Shown one piece after another: positions 60,801 through 64,000 of a stretch of 64,000 nucleotides of DNA. The translations under genes and the position numbers were made by a program. Under the pieces are notes generated by a model. That model was not told the origin of the DNA. It saw only the letters and a list, made by a program, of their open reading frames with translations, and did no database searches. The stretch is from Heterodontus francisci (lineage: Eukaryota). Position 1 is the first letter of the stretch; every line of letters begins with the position of its first letter. The stretch spans positions 103,616,265 to 103,680,264 of the forward strand of contig NC_090377.1 in NCBI RefSeq assembly GCF_036365525.1, given 5' to 3'.

Positions 60801-62450
60801 TCCACAGGTGCTGCAGAGAAATTTGTTTGTTGGGGCTGTTGCACAGTTGGCTCTCCCCTTGCGCCTCTGTCTTTTTTCCTGCCAACTACTAAGTCTCTTC
60901 GACTCGCCACAATTTAGCCCTGTCTTTATGGCTGCCCGCCAGCTCTGGCGAATGCTGGCAACTGACTCCCACGACTTGTGATCAATGTCACACGATTTCA
61001 TGTCGCGTTTCCCTACTCTTGTACAATTCCTTGGTGCAATATGATGTTCACACGTTCTGTCCCTTTTATTTTCTACCTCACTACTAACCTGCACTCCTGC
61101 CTTCTCCTTTAACTTCCTATTTTTCCGTGCAACTGAACCCTCCCCCACCACCCCCCCCACCACCCCCACACTATTTAGTTTAAAGCCCTAGCTACAGCCC
61201 TAGTTATTCAATTCGCCAGGACTCTGGTCCCAGTATGATTCAGGTGGAGCCCATCCCATCGGAACAGCTCCCTCCTTCCCCAGTACTGGTGCCAATGTCT
61301 CATGCATTCAAACCCATTTCTCCCACACCAATCTTTGAGCAACGCATTTACCTCTTTAATCTTATTGACCCTTTGCCAATTAGCTCGTGGCTCATGTAGT
61401 AATCCAGAGATTATTACTTTTTTGGTACTGCTTTTTAATTTAGCCCCTAGCTGCTCAGCAGAACCTCTATCCTCATTCTACCTATATCGTTGGTACCTAC
61501 ATGGACCACAACAACTGGATCTTTCCCCTCCCACTCCAAGTTCCTCTGCAGCCCAGATGAGATACCAGAATCCTGGCACCAGGTAGGCAACACAGCCTTC
61601 AGGACTCTCGATCCTGGCCACAGAGAACGTTGTCTATGCCCCTAACTATACTATCCCCGATTATGACTACATTTTTCTTTTCTCCCCCAACTTGATTGTC
61701 TCCCTGTACCACAGTGCTATGGTCAGTTTGCTCATCCTCCCTACAGTCCCTGCTCTCGTCCACACAGGGAGCAAGAATCTCAAACCTGTTGGACAAGGAC
61801 AATGGCTGAGGCTCCTGCAACACTACCTCCTGGATCCATCTACCTGCCTCACAGTCACACCCTCCTGTCCCTGACCACTGGCCGAATTAAAGGTAGTTAA
61901 TCTAAGAGGTGTGACTGACTCCTGAAACACAGCGTCCAGGTAACTCTCCCCCTCCCTGATGTGTCGCAGTGTCCGAAGCTCAGACTCCAGCTCATCAGCT
62001 CTGAGCCCAAGTTCCTCGAGCAGCCAACACTTGCTACAGGTGTGGTCACCAGTAACCACAATGGGGTCCACCAACTCCCACATCATGCAGGTACAACACA
62101 TCGCCTAGTCCTGCATCTCTATTTTATATAATTAGATATTAATTTGTTATTTAAATTTCCGACTGGTCTTTAGTTTTTTTTAAATCAGCTTTAGTCTTCA
62201 GTTTATATACTTATAAATCAATCACGTCTTACTCTATGTTGATTCAATTAAATTAAATTAAAAACTTACTTGAATCCTGACCCCAGCTGCTTTCCGTTTT
62301 CCTGCTCTCGCTGTTCAATGTGACGTCACTCTGACGTCACTTTTCAATTTTCCCCCGGCTCCTCGGGCTCCGCTCCTCTCTGTCTCTCTCCCACACAGGT
62401 TTTGATGCACTTTTTGAAACCTCTGGTCCTGCTGCTCCTCGAGCTCCGCT
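57807..62450 (-). mobile_element. Near full-length decayed CR1 LINE (5' UTR, ORF1, ORF2 endonuclease and RT, 3' tail)
   Basis: ORF1 zinc finger/zipper CCTCMMWEL..CSKCWLLEELGLRADELESEL and SGNH esterase VVIIGDSIVRGID. Endonuclease AITETWLQ..FRKDRQEGKGGGVAL..GVIYRSPN and LGKSDH. RT VDVIYLDFQKTFDKV and [17 protein letters not shown]. Confidence 0.93.
60688..61007 (-). mobile_element. 5'-truncated RTE-clade LINE inserted in the CR1
   Basis: RDMKSCDIDHKSWESVASIRQSWRAAI..FLCSTCGRACHSRIGLYSHSRRC (RTE-type C-terminal zinc finger). Flanked by TTTCCCT at 60681-60687 and 61008-61014. Confidence 0.8.
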
Positions 62451-62469
62451 CCTCTCTGTCTCCTCACAG

Positions 62470-63250
62470 GCTCAGAAGCCATGTCTTTAATAGGTAGCCC
62501 TTGTCCCCAAGAATCCACCCCTGAAGGCGTGCGAGGGGACTGAAAAACTGAGACACCTGGAACTATTAGAGTATGGATGTGTTGTAGTTGCTTCCCGGGA
62601 AAAGCCTTCGGTAGTCACAGACCAGTTGAACGTTGATTGAATGGAAGCCCTTCCTGTTGATGAAGGCAGCTGGCTAGTCCATGGGAGCCTTGATGGCCAC
62701 ATGTGTGCAATCTATCAGACCTTGCGCCCGGGGAATCCAGCTATGGCCCTGAAACTGACGGCCCTCTCAGCCTGACTGTCAGGGTCGGTCAATTCAGTGC
62801 ACACAGTTGCCGGCCCTCTTGAACAGGACATTGGTCACCTCCTTGATGCAGCGATGAACTGCTGCCTGGGAGACCCCAAATATGTCCCTGGTGGATCCCT
62901 GGAAAGATCCAGATGAATAGACGTTTCGTGCTACGGTAATCTTTAGGGCCACTAGCATAGGGTTAACCCCAAATCCCAAAGGTCCCAAATCGTCCTGCAG
63001 ATGGCCTTATAAGTCAGTAACAGCCTCCCAGGAAGCCATAGTCTTCCCTGAGAGTGTTGCTCGGACATTTGGAGGTAGGTAATGCGAGTCCTGTAGACTC
63101 TCTGCTGTACGTGGACTCTTCTTGGCCTGGTCAGCTGCTGCTGCTCTCGTCATGGAGCTTCAGGGTCAGGCATAGCTGCCTCTTGGGTCTGCCTCCATCA
63201 GAGGTGCCTCAACACACCAAGGGAATCCAAAAAAAGGGTGCATGAGACCC
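62470..63250 (-). mobile_element. Harbinger (HARBI1-like) transposase remnant
   Basis: VALKITVARNVYSSGSFQGSTRDIFGVSQAAVHRCIKEVT, AIAGFPGAQGLIDCTHVAIKAP, FINRKGFHSINVQLVCD and GWILGDKGY. Confidence 0.85.
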
Positions 63251-64000
63251 ATGGCAGGTGTCCTGGGGCCTTCGGATCACTTCAGATGCAGAGATGACCC
63301 TGCCTTGGGAACTATGCTTATCAACCTTTGCTCAGCGGAATGCCTGATGTGCCTCAAGATTCAAACTTACTGATGGGCTACCATCTTTTCCAGTAGTGTG
63401 AGCCACCACACACAGTAATACAGCAGTTATGAGACCCTCTAATGCCACCCCCCCCGATACACCAAACCTAAACCCTTGCAGAACCACCGATGCACACAAC
63501 CCCTTTGCAGAGTCCCTGATACACACAACCCCCTTGTAGAGCCTATATCAGCAGAGTGACAATGGCCTCAGAAGCTACCACTTCCCCTATGCTGCAAGGT
63601 CAGGATACCTCCCCGTCACAGCACTGAGGCTTCCCGCCTCAGTGCCACCAAAATTTAACAGTCGCAAAGCTGAAGGCATGTGAGTGCCACATGCCATTCA
63701 CAAAATCGTGGTCCAGTCATTAAGTCAGAGGTAATTACATTTAAATTCATGTTAAACAGCATTCTCCGTCCCCTTCATGCCACCAAACCTGCCTTAAACA
63801 AGAGCTCAAAGTTCAGCCCTTCATGTGCGCCACAAAAAGTTTCAGTTTTGACCGAAACTCTGATGCGTACTGTGTCAAATCGCAAATCTGCTTTCCCTTT
63901 CCCTGAAATTTCAGATTCAGTTTATTCAAGTGGGCGGTGATGTCAGTCAGAAAATGCAAGTCACACTGCCACACTTCATCTCAATCACAATGTAAGTTGC

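Noticed and set aside
60738-61169. 143-aa ORF with a C-terminal zinc finger as a host gene
   Set aside because: It is a chimera of CR1 inter-ORF sequence and the inserted RTE 3' end.

Overview
This is eukaryotic, repeat-dense DNA. The HE1/V-type SINEs, CR1/HER1-type LINEs and crystallin sequences point to a cartilaginous fish (inference). The core is a tandem cluster of gamma-crystallin (gammaM-like) genes, all on the minus strand. Four are intact 3-exon genes, each encoding 175 aa: C 8581-10091, D 18380-21135, E 36072-38637 and F 50344-54429. Two are relics: A (promoter plus exon 1 at about 1822-2180) and B (a crippled exon 3 at 4374-4642). Two intact genes use a GC-AG first intron, and the exons are far more homogenised than the introns. 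The spacers hold two copies of an intronless POMGNT1 retro-pseudogene fragment inside a local segmental duplication. They also hold many decayed transposable elements: CR1 (including one near full-length copy), L2, a second LINE family with its SINE, HE1 SINEs, an RTE fragment, two Gypsy-type LTR elements, a solo LTR, a Penelope remnant with a degenerate hammerhead-ribozyme motif, hAT, two decayed PIF/Harbinger elements and a MITE family with 3-bp target-site duplications (TSDs). I see no prokaryotic features. Almost all short ORFs in the track are TE debris or antisense noise. I cannot support a wholly new biological system here; the best leads are in the findings. TE boundaries are approximate unless a TSD is given, and family assignments come from recalled motifs, not database searches.
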